From a virus (lineage: Duplodnaviria; Caudoviricetes): 64,000 nt of DNA. Every line of letters begins with the position of its first letter. Position 1 is the first letter of the stretch. Below are positions 47,643-60,100 of this stretch, piece by piece. The stretch is from the IMG/VR virus record IMGVR_UViG_3300020161_002440, positions 3,436 to 67,435 of that record, one strand, 5' to 3'. A program made the translations under genes and the position numbers. Under the pieces are notes generated by a model, which made no database searches, was not told the DNA's origin, and was given only the letters and a program-made list of their open reading frames with translations.

Positions 47643-49392
47643 TAGATTAGATACGAGAATAATACTTGGGTCCCAAAGGTATAAGTCAGCAATCAATGTT
47701 GACTCAATGATACCTATTCCATTAAATAATACTCAAAAAGAACTTGATGAATTTGATAGGAGTAATGTTATTAGTTTAGCGGAGGTATTTGACGAAGAAA
47801 GACAAGGGTCTGATATATTCAGACTAAGTGCTAAAATAGATTTATTATTATTTAATGCTTACAGTGGAGTAACGTCAATTGGTGCAAATGTTTACCAACC
47901 ATTTGCGAATAGTCTTTATTATGTAAATTCTGAAGATTCATTTAGTACTAATAGTTGGTCAGGTTATCCACAATATGTTGAGTTTGATTTAATTAGAAAT
48001 GATTATAATGTTCCTGGTTATACTGTACCATCAGGGTCAACACAACCTCACGTAGATTTTAAGAGTGTGAGTGCCTCAACGTATAATTGGACACAATATG
48101 TGAGTTATCCTTATGAAAATGATTATAATAAATTATTACAATATGATTTAGGTACATCAAATCCTTATTTATGGAACGCGGGCGAAGGTCTTCCATTTTA
48201 TATAAAAAATCCATATAGTTACAATGGTCAAACATTAATATCTTTTATTAGTCCTGTTGAACACGGATTAACAGTTGGAGAGTGGGTTGAGATTGAGATG
48301 GAAGGAGGATGGAATGGATATGAGGGTAATAAAGTATTCCAAGTGTATTCTGTTGGTAATGGAGGATATAATTCGGATAAGTATGTTTTTAACATATTTA
48401 ATAATGGATTTACAGGTACCACATTTATTAATGGTTCTGAAGGTAACTTTAAACGAATAATAGATATTACAAACTCTGCTGAAACTATGTCAAAATATTA
48501 TGTTAGAAAACATAAAATTATAACTAACGTAGATGAAGCAATATTAACTAAAGCCGCTTTTGATTTAAATGGTTTTAATGTTAAAAAGAAATATGAATAT
48601 AGTTCATTAACTCCCGATAATGTTGCTAGAATAACTTATAAAGAAAATAACCAATCGTACTTATTAAGTTTTTCTAAAGATATTGATATTCGACAATATA
48701 GGGATAATTTAAATAGACCTTTAACTAAATTATTTATCACCATTATAAACAAAGGTTATTTTGGTTGGATGAATAAAGAAATTTCTAATAATGTAGGTCT
48801 TAGAGAAGGGTATAAATTTAATTTAGGATATACACCAACGACTTATTGGAGATTAACTAATAATAATAACCTATCAAACATACCTTTAAATTTTTATACA
48901 AAACCAGGTTCGTTTACTTTTTACTATAATCAAGACTTAAAAAGTGGTGATACTATCAGCGGTGATTATTGTGAATACAATGAATTTGAGCAGAAAGAAA
49001 GAGTTGTTTCTGAGTTCTTACACAAATTGTGGTTCAACCCATTTTTATATAAAATACATTTACAAGGTACATTAAATCCTGACGGATATTACTACCAACC
49101 ACACCACCCAATAACTTTGAAAATATATTCAGATTATTTAGAAGAAGGTGAGATTGCGGATATTGCTGGAGTTCCTGATTATGCTTATTATTCAAATTAT
49201 AAATCAAAATTAATTTGGAGGGACATATATACTTATGGTTTTATAGATGAATCAGGAAATGGTGTCGATTATCCATTTTTAAACGGGGCTCATTACCCAT
49301 CAACTAATATCACTTTTAGAGTTTTCCCTGAAGGAAATGTATCTGAAGATATATTAACAATTGCTGACCCAATAATCGATGACTGTGAATAA
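47635..49392 (+). CDS. Putative baseplate/tail structural protein (585 aa)
   Basis: Overlaps its neighbours; SPVEHGLTVGEWVEI...FQVYSVG resembles a small beta-barrel repeat of tail proteins. Confidence 0.6.
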   Translation: MSNRLDTRIILGSQRYKSAINVDSMIPIPLNNTQKELDEFDRSNVISLAEVFDEERQGSDIFRLSAKIDLLLFNAYSGVTSIGANVYQPFANSLYYVNSEDSFSTNSWSGYPQYVEFDLIRNDYNVPGYTVPSGSTQPHVDFKSVSASTYNWTQYVSYPYENDYNKLLQYDLGTSNPYLWNAGEGLPFYIKNPYSYNGQTLISFISPVEHGLTVGEWVEIEMEGGWNGYEGNKVFQVYSVGNGGYNSDKYVFNIFNNGFTGTTFINGSEGNFKRIIDITNSAETMSKYYVRKHKIITNVDEAILTKAAFDLNGFNVKKKYEYSSLTPDNVARITYKENNQSYLLSFSKDIDIRQYRDNLNRPLTKLFITIINKGYFGWMNKEISNNVGLREGYKFNLGYTPTTYWRLTNNNNLSNIPLNFYTKPGSFTFYYNQDLKSGDTISGDYCEYNEFEQKERVVSEFLHKLWFNPFLYKIHLQGTLNPDGYYYQPHHPITLKIYSDYLEEGEIADIAGVPDYAYYSNYKSKLIWRDIYTYGFIDESGNGVDYPFLNGAHYPSTNITFRVFPEGNVSEDILTIADPIIDDCE

Positions 49393-50233
49393 ATTTAGAA
49401 TATTATTACCAAAAGAAGGTGAGACAGAAATTAACTTACCTGTTGAGATGACTTGGGATTTCTTAGGTCGAGGAGATTCATTAGTTGATTTTGAAAAAAC
49501 CGCAATTAAAGAAGTTATTAATGAAGATAAGGATTTTGAGGTGGCCAGATTCTCACATTCTATTTATCAAATACTAAATCCTTTGACGGATAATTCAACC
49601 AATTATACTGATATAAATTATAATTTTAATTTTGTCCCTTCTGGCGCCACAAGTGCCACAACTATTTGGTTACCATCATACACGGTTCAAGGATTTACTC
49701 CTGATGAAGTTTTTTATTTTAGAAATCAATTTAAAAAATCTTTCTTTAAATTAGATTTTTACGATAGTACTAACGAAAAAGAGCAAACAAATTATTTTAC
49801 AATAATTATACCAACACAACAAGGAGCAACTACCGCAACTACTGTTGGATATACGGTACAACAAATAAAAACACCAATTTTTAAACTAGATTATGTTGGA
49901 GATAAAGAAGGTTATTTTATTTATTGGTTAAAAAATAGAGATTTTTTAAACATCACTAATTTTTATATGACCGCTAAATTTTTTGATGCTAAAAGTGGTG
50001 TTTTTGTTAAGATGATGAATAGACCACAATCTACATTATCAGGTATTAGTAAGTTTAACTTTGACCAAAAATTATTCTTTTATTATAAAGTTGATTTGGA
50101 CTATACAAATTATACGTATAAAGTTTATGATTTAAATAATCCTTCTTGGTGGTCAGACCCTATTAACACCCAATTGACGAGAGTGGGTACACAGGTTAAT
50201 CCTATAAATTGGTTTGAATATATAAATCCATAA
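49379..50233 (+). CDS. Putative baseplate structural protein (284 aa)
   Basis: Translationally coupled within the wedge cluster; aromatic, beta-rich. Confidence 0.6.
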   Translation: MTVNKFRILLPKEGETEINLPVEMTWDFLGRGDSLVDFEKTAIKEVINEDKDFEVARFSHSIYQILNPLTDNSTNYTDINYNFNFVPSGATSATTIWLPSYTVQGFTPDEVFYFRNQFKKSFFKLDFYDSTNEKEQTNYFTIIIPTQQGATTATTVGYTVQQIKTPIFKLDYVGDKEGYFIYWLKNRDFLNITNFYMTAKFFDAKSGVFVKMMNRPQSTLSGISKFNFDQKLFFYYKVDLDYTNYTYKVYDLNNPSWWSDPINTQLTRVGTQVNPINWFEYINP

Positions 50234-51426
50234 TGGAAGAAAATAAGTATTATATTAAAATTTCCCCTGAAGTTATATTATCTGATATTACTCAGGTTCC
50301 TTATACGGGTACTCCAATATATTATCAAGTTTTAACTGGTAACACAAACACTTGTTGTATAATTACAGGGTATACAACAAACACTGACTACCCAACAGGA
50401 ACTACAGGTTATTATATACCTATGCAAAATCTATTAAGTGGAGGTACTAATGGTAGTTCTTTACTAACAGGTTTGACAATTCCAATTTTAATCACAGAGT
50501 CTGCGGTTGATTTAGGGTATTACTCAGTTTTTGATGGTATGATACAACAAATCGATGTTGTTAAGAATTTTGTATTTTCTGCAACCACAGGAACTCCGTA
50601 CACTTATTATTTTTATAACACTTCGGAACAATTATTTAAAACTTATTTACAATTCTCAAATTATGAGGTTGATTGGGGAGATGGTAATACTCAATCAATT
50701 ACTACATATTCACCTAACTTTGTAACACACACTTACCTTACCACCCCAACACCTACAGAGTATATTATTACCTTAAAACAAACTAATCCGTGGGGAGTAA
50801 ATACTATTAAAAAAAGTGTAATAATTCCTTTTACAGGTACAACAATATCTAACCCTAATGGTACTGCAACTTTTACGTCTTTTAATGGTAGTTGGAGTGC
50901 AACACCAATATCATACGATTTCTTGTTTACAGGTGATTCGGTAAATACTGTATCAGCACAAGTTACAAGTAACTATCCTAACTTTACACCAACACCTTTT
51001 AACATCAGTGGATACACTACCTCAAGATTAACAGAATTACAACAATATGGGGTTAATAAATACCAATCATATACTTGGATTAAAAAACACGGAGTTAATT
51101 ATGGTCAAATCACAACTGACATTATAAATTTTAATGACTATACAGGTTACACTATAGATAATGTCAACTATATAGATTTTCCTGATGGAACTACGGTATA
51201 TGTATTAGAATCTTCAGGGTTAACGTCTAATTGGATGGTTGAAGAACCAATTACAAAAGACGAATCATTACTTAATATTGTTTATGCTCCGCAAGTACAA
51301 TCTAATGTTTTTATTGAAAGAGGTAAAAATAGTGCTTTGGAAAGAATTGAAAGATTAGGTGAAGTTGATAATTTAGGTGACTTAATAAACTATGGATACG
51401 GATTCTTTAATGTAGTTATTCAATAA
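50233..51426 (+). CDS. Putative virion protein with a PKD-like domain (397 aa)
   Basis: YEVDWGDGNTQ...VTHTY...YIITLKQTNPWG is the PKD W.WGDG...H.Y signature. Confidence 0.65.
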   Translation: MEENKYYIKISPEVILSDITQVPYTGTPIYYQVLTGNTNTCCIITGYTTNTDYPTGTTGYYIPMQNLLSGGTNGSSLLTGLTIPILITESAVDLGYYSVFDGMIQQIDVVKNFVFSATTGTPYTYYFYNTSEQLFKTYLQFSNYEVDWGDGNTQSITTYSPNFVTHTYLTTPTPTEYIITLKQTNPWGVNTIKKSVIIPFTGTTISNPNGTATFTSFNGSWSATPISYDFLFTGDSVNTVSAQVTSNYPNFTPTPFNISGYTTSRLTELQQYGVNKYQSYTWIKKHGVNYGQITTDIINFNDYTGYTIDNVNYIDFPDGTTVYVLESSGLTSNWMVEEPITKDESLLNIVYAPQVQSNVFIERGKNSALERIERLGEVDNLGDLINYGYGFFNVVIQ

Positions 51427-51453
51427 AAAAACTACGGAAAAAGAGTAATAAGG

Positions 51454-51460
51454 TATTTAT
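51454..51460 (+). promoter_or_regulatory. TATTTAT late-type motif
   Basis: 22 nt upstream of ATG 51483. Confidence 0.5.
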
Positions 51461-51482
51461 TAAATAAATATAAAAAAATAAA

Positions 51483-52391
51483 ATGGCAATAGGAACTTAC
51501 GGTACGATTAGACCATCAGATGTTTCACCACAAGATGTTGAAATAGTTTTAAATTATACACCATCAAGAGATGCGACTGATAACTTTGTACTTAAAAAAT
51601 TAGACGCTTCTAATATTTTAAGACCGTATTTTAATAACAGTAGTACTGGAGGTAATGCGGACATTGAAATATTGGGAGGTCTGTATAATTTAAAATTACC
51701 TGCAGAAGAATTTAATAAGTTAGGGATTTACACTCTATATATTAGACCTGCTCAAATAAGAACCCAAATTAATGATTGTGGTGTTCTATCAGCCTTACCT
51801 AACGTTAAAGGTATTGTAATTAATTTGGATAACGTTCCTAATCAATATAGGAATAAATTTGTTGCTCAAGGTTTAGTAGGGTTTAGAGTTGAATATCTTA
51901 ACGATGATGGTACAAAAATACCTAATTTTTTTAGAGTAGTTACTTCTAATTTTTATTGTGAACCTGTTACTCAAAATTTAACAAATACATCACAAAAAGC
52001 TATTAGATATAGATACGTTGAAGGTGTTACTAACTTAATGTTTTGTACATTATCTCCATCGTCTTCACCCACAAACAAACCAAACGCAACACCATTTATT
52101 GGACAACCTGCTCAGAATATTATAATGAGTAATACTTTCTTCAACCCAATCACATTGGATATTGAAATGGTTGACCAAGACATCTCAACATTGGCAATTG
52201 CTCTTTATGGTAATCAAACTAAATCTATTGATGATGGTATCTACACAATTTACGATAGTAGTAACAACATCTACAAACAATACAACTTGTTTGAAATTAG
52301 AGATGAGTTTAATAAATTATTATTTGAGGTTAGAGAAGATAGAGGTGATAATATTGATTTTAGTAAAAACTTTACAAACGTAGTACAATAA
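51483..52391 (+). CDS. Putative baseplate structural protein (302 aa)
   Basis: Within the wedge cluster; coupled to the gp7-like gene. Confidence 0.6.
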   Translation: MAIGTYGTIRPSDVSPQDVEIVLNYTPSRDATDNFVLKKLDASNILRPYFNNSSTGGNADIEILGGLYNLKLPAEEFNKLGIYTLYIRPAQIRTQINDCGVLSALPNVKGIVINLDNVPNQYRNKFVAQGLVGFRVEYLNDDGTKIPNFFRVVTSNFYCEPVTQNLTNTSQKAIRYRYVEGVTNLMFCTLSPSSSPTNKPNATPFIGQPAQNIIMSNTFFNPITLDIEMVDQDISTLAIALYGNQTKSIDDGIYTIYDSSNNIYKQYNLFEIRDEFNKLLFEVREDRGDNIDFSKNFTNVVQ

Positions 52392-55360
52392 TGGCTCATA
52401 AATTCTATAGATATCCACCAAGACCATCCAGCGGAGCTGGTACTTTTTCCGACAACATAGTTGGTTTTCAACTAGTTGATGGGGGAGGACTTACGCAAGG
52501 TAATTTTGAATTTACTACATCTATAGTTGAGAAAGTTAATAGAGAATTTAACATTGGTTCATTTTCCGAACCAATATCTTTAGATTCTTTAAATATTAGT
52601 TCTGTTTTAGAATCTAAATCTATTATTGCAAAAGATTTTAGAGTTTATCCTAATTTTGACTTAAGTCAAGTAACTAATTTTAGTTTATATGGGTCTTTAT
52701 CTAAAAGAATATCAACCTCAATTGAAAAAATTATTAATTTCTTTCCAGGTGCGATTGAATTATATACGTTAAATTATGATTTAACTACAGGTAATACCGC
52801 AACGAATTCTTTTTATGATATTACTGAAGATACTACAACATTTGACATTGATGTTATTGAAATTAGAAATCCTTTTGGTGTTGATTTTAGTGTAAACGCA
52901 ACTAGAAATTTATTATTAAAAGAATTTAAAGTTTCTCCACTAAGAAATCTTACTAAAGAGTACGATAAATATTCGTTATTTTTAGGGGATAATGAGTACC
53001 CTATTTTATTTATGACTCCTTCTGAGAGTCTATATTCAGGTGTCTTACAGTTTGTTGTTGAAGGAAATCCGTTCTCAGGTCAAACTGATTATTATGGTGA
53101 TATAGTTATTAGACCAAATAGTTACTATTCAGATAAGGCTTTAATTGAACCATTTGACGAAGTTGAGAAGTTTTTACTTAACAGACTTGTTAATCCTGTT
53201 TATACTGCAACATTCCAAGTCCCAAAACAAACCGAAGACGGTTTATTTTACACTGATTTTGCAACTGTTACTTGGCCTTTAGACGGTATTTGGAATTTAG
53301 ATATTAGAACAGAATCTTTTGACTTTTATTTGGCTAGAATTAGTGATGTTGCAGAATCTTTTGATTCTTTTAGAACTAATTTAGTTAGTAGATTTTTAAC
53401 AACAGAATCGTTTAAAGAATTCGATACTGAAGACCAAAAAGTTCAAAAAATATTATCAATATACGGTAGAAGTTTTGATGAGATAAAAAAATTCATAGAC
53501 GCTTTAGCGTATATGAATTCAGTGAATTATACGATTCAAAATGACATCCCTTCCCAATTATTAAAAAATCTTGCAGAAACTTTAGGATGGAGAATAAATG
53601 TTTCACCAATAACTGAAGACGATTTTTTAGGTTCTGTTTTTGGTGACGACAATAAAAAACAATACCCTGGATTTTCAAGAGCAAATACACCTACCGAACT
53701 TAACTACCAATATTACAGAAATTTAATATTAAATTCGGCTTATTTATTCAAATCTAAAGGAACTAGAAGGTCTATTGAATTTTTATTAAGATTAGTAGGA
53801 GCTCCTGAAGCATTAATTGAGTTTAATGAGAACATTTATGTTGCAGGACAAAGAATTAATATGTCTGATTTTGAAACGGAATACGCTCAAATATCTGGAG
53901 GTACTTACACTTATGAAATTCCTGTTTACGAAAGTGGAACAACATTTACTATTTTAGGTAATCCATACACTGGGTTCACCACTGAATTAATTCAAATTGA
54001 CGCGGAGGCTACTTTATCAGATTACCCTGTAGATTCTGAAGGATTTCCTATGGCACCTGAAGACACTGAAGAGTATTTCTTCCAAAAAGGTGCGGGTTGG
54101 TTTGAATTAGTTAAAAATCACCAAAGTCCACAAGTGGTTAATAGAACTACTAGTACTTTTACGGGACAAAATTATGATATCCAAACAGAGTTTGAAAAAT
54201 TCACTTACGGTCAAAAATATCTTGATAGATATAGACACTTCCCTTATATGAATAAAGGGTTCAATCTAACAAGAATTTTAGACAACAAAAAAAGTTGGCC
54301 AGTAACAGATGAAGGTTTAAGAGTTAATGCGGGAAGCGCCAATTACAATGCCTATTATTATGTTTCGGATGAAAAATTAGTATTAAACGTTAAGAACATA
54401 GATTTATATATGAACCCTGCTCAAGGTTTATTATACGATGTATGGACTATGTCAAGACAATACGATTATCCAATACCTAGTACAGGGTTAACTTCTCCAT
54501 ACCCACAACCTGGAGGGGTAGATTGGACCTTTATTAATCCTCAGCCAACTAAGAAAACGTTTTTTGAATTTGCTCAAACTTTTTGGGTTAATATGATTAA
54601 TGTTAGAAATAGACAATTTTCTTCTGATGGTAAAACAGGAGGTTATCCAACATTACAATCGATTTATTGGAAATATTTGTTATCTGAACAGACAGTAAAC
54701 ATACCTAATGATAATTTTAGATATCAAAGTATGATTGACTATGTTAATGGTATGGGTGACCAATGGATTAGATTGGTTGAACAAATGATTCCCGCAACTA
54801 CTATTTGGAATGGAGGTACTAAATTTGAAAATTCAATTTTCCATAGACAAAAATTTGTATATAGATTACAAAGAGGTTGTCAAATTATACCAATACCTTG
54901 TGAACCTTGTATCATATTTGGTAATCTTTTCCCTAATAATTGTATTGATGAAACAATTAGTTGTCCTATTTATCCTTGGTTAAATGGAGTGTCAACCGCA
55001 ACATCTTTTAGTGACGTTTTATATCAAACATTGGTAAGTTATTTAAACTCACAATCAATTAATATTTCTAATTGTATAACAAATAGTTTATTGACTGATT
55101 GGTATATAAATTTAACGTTAGATGGTGTTAGTTTAATACAAGAAAAAATATATACAGGATATGGACTTTTAGATGTGCCATCCAATACATATTGGAAAAC
55201 TTCTTTAGAAACTTATTTAGACAATTTAGTTAATGATGGTTTTAACTATTATTTTGACGGAGATACTTTATATGTTTCTAATTTAGGTTGTGAAGCCAAT
55301 AATCAAAATAAACTTTTCCAATTAAATGTAGGATTGGATTTTTCAATTAGTTGTAGTTAA
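52391..55360 (+). CDS. Baseplate wedge protein with a gp7 / P2 gpI-like domain (989 aa)
   Basis: [15 protein letters not shown]...[29 protein letters not shown]. Confidence 0.75.
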   Translation: MAHKFYRYPPRPSSGAGTFSDNIVGFQLVDGGGLTQGNFEFTTSIVEKVNREFNIGSFSEPISLDSLNISSVLESKSIIAKDFRVYPNFDLSQVTNFSLYGSLSKRISTSIEKIINFFPGAIELYTLNYDLTTGNTATNSFYDITEDTTTFDIDVIEIRNPFGVDFSVNATRNLLLKEFKVSPLRNLTKEYDKYSLFLGDNEYPILFMTPSESLYSGVLQFVVEGNPFSGQTDYYGDIVIRPNSYYSDKALIEPFDEVEKFLLNRLVNPVYTATFQVPKQTEDGLFYTDFATVTWPLDGIWNLDIRTESFDFYLARISDVAESFDSFRTNLVSRFLTTESFKEFDTEDQKVQKILSIYGRSFDEIKKFIDALAYMNSVNYTIQNDIPSQLLKNLAETLGWRINVSPITEDDFLGSVFGDDNKKQYPGFSRANTPTELNYQYYRNLILNSAYLFKSKGTRRSIEFLLRLVGAPEALIEFNENIYVAGQRINMSDFETEYAQISGGTYTYEIPVYESGTTFTILGNPYTGFTTELIQIDAEATLSDYPVDSEGFPMAPEDTEEYFFQKGAGWFELVKNHQSPQVVNRTTSTFTGQNYDIQTEFEKFTYGQKYLDRYRHFPYMNKGFNLTRILDNKKSWPVTDEGLRVNAGSANYNAYYYVSDEKLVLNVKNIDLYMNPAQGLLYDVWTMSRQYDYPIPSTGLTSPYPQPGGVDWTFINPQPTKKTFFEFAQTFWVNMINVRNRQFSSDGKTGGYPTLQSIYWKYLLSEQTVNIPNDNFRYQSMIDYVNGMGDQWIRLVEQMIPATTIWNGGTKFENSIFHRQKFVYRLQRGCQIIPIPCEPCIIFGNLFPNNCIDETISCPIYPWLNGVSTATSFSDVLYQTLVSYLNSQSINISNCITNSLLTDWYINLTLDGVSLIQEKIYTGYGLLDVPSNTYWKTSLETYLDNLVNDGFNYYFDGDTLYVSNLGCEANNQNKLFQLNVGLDFSISCS

Positions 55361-58251
55361 TGTCATTAAGTTATAATTTAATAGTTTCAGGTGATTGTAC
55401 AAACAGTGGTTTAGGAGTATTAGACGTTTACCCTAATGGTGGTGTGCCACCATATACCGTTGATTGGTTAATACCAAATTTAGGTACTGACACTCCTGTT
55501 ACCACTAACTCAATTAGAACAGGATTAAATTCTGGAGTTTATCAAATTTTAATAACCGACTCCTCAACACCAAGTCCACTAACTCTTAACGGTAATTTAA
55601 TAGTTTCTTCAGGTGTTTGTGCGAGTATTGATTCTATAGTTAATACTACTTGTGATTTAGATAATGGTTCTATAACTATTACCGCCACTACACCATATCA
55701 GCCTGTAAATTATTATCTATATGATGATAATGATATTTTAGTAACTTCTGCAAATACTAACTTTGGATTTGCGACTTTTATTCCATTAAGTGCTGGTACA
55801 TATTATTGTACTGTTGAAGATTATGGAGGATGTACTGCTAAGACAGAAAATTGTATAGTACAAGACTCAGGTAATTTTGATTTTGGGTATTATGTAATTA
55901 ACAATTCTCCTTGTAGTTTAATACCAACAGGTAAGATTTATGTTACAGGCCAAACAGGTAACCCCCCATATACTTATTCTTGGAGTACTGGTGAAGTAAC
56001 ACCGAGTATTACAGGATTAACGGCTGGAACATATTCAGTTACTGTTACAAATTCGGGAGGATGCTCAGTTACCAAAACTATTACGGTAACTAATGTCCCT
56101 ACTGTAGGTATTGTAAGTATGATTAACACTTCTCCTGGTTGTTTTCAATCAAACGGGGAAGTTTTAGTTACTATATCAGGAGGTACTCCACCATACCAAT
56201 ACCAATTTTCTAATGGTGTTAATCAAATAACCTACTCAACCTCACTAAATTTTACAGGATTATCTGCTGGAGTTTACTCGGTTGGAGTGTATGACGCTGG
56301 TTTATGTTACACAAGTGGAAATACGACTTTAAACACTCCTAATTCATTCCAAGTTGTTGGTTTGACCACTCAAAACTCAACTTGTTCTAGTAGTAATGGT
56401 TCTATTACTGTTACGGTCAATGGAGGTGCTACTCCATATACTTACACTTTAGTAGACGATTTAGGTAATACTACAGTGAGTGCCACAACATCGAGTAGTG
56501 TTACTTTTAGTAATTTAAATTCAGGGACCTATACCGTATTTGTAACAAATCCAAGTAATTGTGTGTATGAACAAGAGCTTTATTTAATTAATCAGAATAG
56601 TTACACTGTTAGCACATCTTCAACAGGAACTACTTGTGGTAATAATAATGGTAGTGTTCAAATTAGTGTTGACACACCAGGAATTTATACTTATGAAATA
56701 CCAGGTCATTTAATCACAAGTACTACATTAACTGCGGTTACAATTAATAATTTAGCTCCAGGGTTTTATACTGCTACGGTAACGGATAGTAATAATTGTG
56801 TCCAAACAAGTCAGTTTTATGTAGGCTCAAGTAATAACGTTGATTTCTCATTCTATAACCAAGGTTGTGGTAGTGGTAGTGAAGGTTCACTAACCGCTCT
56901 AATAACTTCAGGAAATCCTCCGTATACATTTAATTGGTCAAGTAATGTAGGGGGACAAACGGGTATATATGTTACAGGTTTAACTGCTGGAACTTATACA
57001 TTAACTGTCACCGACAGTTATAATTGTACTAAAACATTAAGCTCAACAATATCTTGTAATACTAATTATAGTACTTATCAAACTTTTAACATATGTGAAG
57101 GATATTTTACTCAAACTCCTGGTAGTCAAACAGGGTTATTACAAATGTTAAATCAAGGATACCAAGATTTAATTGTTGATAATGTGGATTGTGAATTAAA
57201 TGCGGCTCAATTTATTTTAGAAGTTAATGTTGGTACCTCTGCGTTTAGTGAAACGTTTTATTACACAACTTCATTATTAGATGTCCCAACTAACGAACAA
57301 TATGTTGATGCTATTAAGAATTTATTAAATGAGGTGCCAGGAATAGGTTCTGTAATTATTAGTATTGAAAATAATAGTATTCAAATAAATTCTGATTGTG
57401 AAAAAGCTTTAGCCGAGAAAAATGTTACAATTAATGTTAAAATAAATTATGACATATGTTGTGTTAATGATTGTGAATTAAGTGGAGGTACTCTGACAAT
57501 AATTCAACCAACACCAACTCCGACAATTACTCCTACACCAACAATTACTCCTACAATTACACCAACACCTACTATCACTCCAACACCAACAATTACTCCT
57601 ACAATTACACCAACACCAACAATAACCCCAACACCAACAATTACTCCTAGTGCGACTATAGTACCAACACCTACTATTACACCTACTCCGACAATTACGC
57701 CTACAATAACAGAAACACCAACACCTACTCCAAGTCCATCACCTTGTGATTGTTATTATTATAATGTAACCATCAGTCAAACAGATATTGATAATTCAGA
57801 TACTAATGAAGTCTTTGTATCATATCAAGATTGTGATGGAAATTCCCAAGTTAACTCATATACTACTGCAGGTACTTATCCTAATGATATCTGTGTTGAC
57901 AATACACCTGTGTTCCCTGAAGAATATTATATTTCAGGTGGATTGTTTACTTTAACTATAGACCAACCAATAAATACTTTTGATTGTTGTACGATTATAC
58001 CATCACCAACACCAAGTCCAATATGTACTGATGTTCATTTATGTGTTAATGTAGGGGCTAGAAATTCAATCCTATTCAATTACTACGATTGTAATGGAAT
58101 CTATCAAACAACTCCAACAATACCTGTTGGTGAATGTATCTGTATACAAACTGTAAATCCTTTCACAATAGGTGCGGTTTGGCAAGATGGGTATATACCA
58201 GCACCTTCTGATGGAGTTGACTATAGTAGTCTTATAGGTGATTGTCCTTAA
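55360..58251 (+). CDS. Fibre/adhesin-like virion protein with about seven SprB-like repeats and a Pro/Thr linker (963 aa)
   Basis: Repeated C....G.I.V...GG.PPY.Y.W...L.AG.Y.V.V.D...C units over residues ~10-570. Confidence 0.75.
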   Translation: MSLSYNLIVSGDCTNSGLGVLDVYPNGGVPPYTVDWLIPNLGTDTPVTTNSIRTGLNSGVYQILITDSSTPSPLTLNGNLIVSSGVCASIDSIVNTTCDLDNGSITITATTPYQPVNYYLYDDNDILVTSANTNFGFATFIPLSAGTYYCTVEDYGGCTAKTENCIVQDSGNFDFGYYVINNSPCSLIPTGKIYVTGQTGNPPYTYSWSTGEVTPSITGLTAGTYSVTVTNSGGCSVTKTITVTNVPTVGIVSMINTSPGCFQSNGEVLVTISGGTPPYQYQFSNGVNQITYSTSLNFTGLSAGVYSVGVYDAGLCYTSGNTTLNTPNSFQVVGLTTQNSTCSSSNGSITVTVNGGATPYTYTLVDDLGNTTVSATTSSSVTFSNLNSGTYTVFVTNPSNCVYEQELYLINQNSYTVSTSSTGTTCGNNNGSVQISVDTPGIYTYEIPGHLITSTTLTAVTINNLAPGFYTATVTDSNNCVQTSQFYVGSSNNVDFSFYNQGCGSGSEGSLTALITSGNPPYTFNWSSNVGGQTGIYVTGLTAGTYTLTVTDSYNCTKTLSSTISCNTNYSTYQTFNICEGYFTQTPGSQTGLLQMLNQGYQDLIVDNVDCELNAAQFILEVNVGTSAFSETFYYTTSLLDVPTNEQYVDAIKNLLNEVPGIGSVIISIENNSIQINSDCEKALAEKNVTINVKINYDICCVNDCELSGGTLTIIQPTPTPTITPTPTITPTITPTPTITPTPTITPTITPTPTITPTPTITPSATIVPTPTITPTPTITPTITETPTPTPSPSPCDCYYYNVTISQTDIDNSDTNEVFVSYQDCDGNSQVNSYTTAGTYPNDICVDNTPVFPEEYYISGGLFTLTIDQPINTFDCCTIIPSPTPSPICTDVHLCVNVGARNSILFNYYDCNGIYQTTPTIPVGECICIQTVNPFTIGAVWQDGYIPAPSDGVDYSSLIGDCP
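57508..57744 (+). repeat. Pro-Thr-Ile repeat linker
   Basis: (PTPTIT)n-type tract of 79 codons. Confidence 0.9.
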
Positions 58252-58285
58252 TAATTAAATAAAAAAAAATAAATGAATTAAATAA

Positions 58286-60070
58286 ATGGCTCAACAAACG
58301 GTAATAGTAACGGTAAGTAATATCGGAATAAACGCAGGACCCTTCACAATAACTGATGAGGTTTTAGGTGTTGTTGCGTCAAACGTAACATCGGCTCAAT
58401 TAATTGCGGGTTATACTGTAACAGGAGACACAACCTCAACATATGTTTTGGTTACTTCTGAACCACCTTGTCAGACAGAACTATACATCTATTATGATTT
58501 ACCAACACCGACTCCAACAATTACCGCAACAATTACTCCTACACCAACAATTACCGCAACAATTACTCCTACACCAACAATAACACCAACAATCACGCCA
58601 ACGCCAACAATTACACCAACAATCACACCTACCATAAGTCTTACACCTACAATAACACCAACAATCACACCTACCATAAGTCTTACACCTACAATAACAC
58701 CAACAGAAACACCTTGTCCTTGTATTAGATACCATTTAGTCGGACCAATAGGACCAGGTTCAGGACCTGCCGTAGATATAGTAGATTGTGACGGTAACCC
58801 ACAATTAGTTAGACCTTATAATTACGGTAATGGTAATAATAATCTTAGTGAAATATTCATATGTTCGACCATAGTACCTACGGGTGACTATGATACTATG
58901 ACAATAGAAGGTGATTGTTGTAATATAATACCACCTTGTTCAGGATTCACTATAAGTAATGACGTACAACCTAATCCTGTTACAATATACTTTACTGATT
59001 GTACGTATGGATTTATGTCACTTACAATTGGCGCAGGTGCAACAATTTATGTTTGTTCTTACACAACACCTTACTCCGAATTTGGAGTTGCCATTACTAT
59101 GACATATGACGGACCTTGTGCTTCTGGACTTACACCAACTCCAACTGCAACCCAAACCCCTACACCGACTATCACTGAGACGCCTATCCCAACTCCAACT
59201 ATTACTGAAACTCCTACACCTACACCTACGCCAACTATTACTGAAACTCCTACACCTACGCCAACTATCACTGAAACTCCTACTCCTACGCCTACAATAA
59301 CTGAAACACCTACGCCAACTCCAACTATCACTGAAACTCCTACTCCTACACCTACAATAACTGAAACACCTACACCAACTCCTACACCTACAATCACTCC
59401 GACTCCTACAATCACATCATTATGTGTATTAACAGGAAGTTCGATTGCTTATAGTGCATCGACAACTTGTCCTGGTAATACAGATGAATCTACAACATTA
59501 ACATTCACATTAACTGATTTATCAGGTAATCCTGTAATAATTGGTGATGACGTTTATATTCAATTAAATGGAACAAGTACACCTTGTGTTGGACTTCCAG
59601 CTCCAACAACAACCATTGTTACTATTGTGTCAGGAACATCAACAATTACATATACTTACGATTCTAAATTATATGACCCAAGTTGTAGTTGTGGTTATGA
59701 AGTACTTGATTTCACAGTATTTAGTATTCAACCACCTTTACCGCCAAACACTAGTATAACAGTTTGTGGTCCATTACCGAGCCCAACTCCTACACCAACT
59801 CCTACACCAACACCTAATCCTGTGACCACTTTTGGTATTTGTTTTACAGGAGCAACACAAGTTGATGCTTGTAATGAATTAAATTTACCTGGTACATCTT
59901 ATACATATTATTCTTATACTCCGACACCTAGTTTTGGTGTTATAATTTTTTCTGATTTTGGATTAACATCTCCTGTTTTAGGAGTGGGGGCAATAACATT
60001 GAATGGTGATGCTTGGTCTATAGACCCACTGAACGGTGAGATTAATAGTATAACATCATTAACTTGTTAA
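58286..60070 (+). CDS. Beads-on-a-string fibre/decoration protein: Cys-rich beta domains separated by Pro/Thr linkers (594 aa)
   Basis: Two long PT tracts plus a short one separate small Cys-containing domains. Confidence 0.75.
   Translation: MAQQTVIVTVSNIGINAGPFTITDEVLGVVASNVTSAQLIAGYTVTGDTTSTYVLVTSEPPCQTELYIYYDLPTPTPTITATITPTPTITATITPTPTITPTITPTPTITPTITPTISLTPTITPTITPTISLTPTITPTETPCPCIRYHLVGPIGPGSGPAVDIVDCDGNPQLVRPYNYGNGNNNLSEIFICSTIVPTGDYDTMTIEGDCCNIIPPCSGFTISNDVQPNPVTIYFTDCTYGFMSLTIGAGATIYVCSYTTPYSEFGVAITMTYDGPCASGLTPTPTATQTPTPTITETPIPTPTITETPTPTPTPTITETPTPTPTITETPTPTPTITETPTPTPTITETPTPTPTITETPTPTPTPTITPTPTITSLCVLTGSSIAYSASTTCPGNTDESTTLTFTLTDLSGNPVIIGDDVYIQLNGTSTPCVGLPAPTTTIVTIVSGTSTITYTYDSKLYDPSCSCGYEVLDFTVFSIQPPLPPNTSITVCGPLPSPTPTPTPTPTPNPVTTFGICFTGATQVDACNELNLPGTSYTYYSYTPTPSFGVIIFSDFGLTSPVLGVGAITLNGDAWSIDPLNGEINSITSLTC
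58502..58714 (+). repeat. Pro/Thr repeat with exact tandem DNA duplications
   Basis: 30-nt unit at 58514-58543 = 58544-58573; 42-nt unit at 58619-58660 = 58661-58702. Confidence 0.9.
59132..59416 (+). repeat. ([10 protein letters not shown])n repeat linker
   Basis: About 10-aa unit repeated; near-exact 60-nt duplication around 59265-59385. Confidence 0.9.
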
Positions 60071-60100
60071 TAATGTTTAACCAATAAATGAGATATAAAA

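Noticed and set aside
2358-53690. Short ORFs nested in or antisense to long genes (e.g. 2358..2558, 2703..2990, 4044..4352, 5198..5479, 17836..18072, 18907..19338, 25270..25548, 41375..41620)
   Set aside because: Fully overlapped by well-supported genes, with no motifs and no initiation context.
58492-59415. Antisense VGVGVIVG and Cys/Trp/Arg-rich ORFs (58492..58677, 58499..58735, 59071..59415) and 59106..59300
   Set aside because: Reverse-complement or alternate-frame shadows of Pro/Thr codon repeats.
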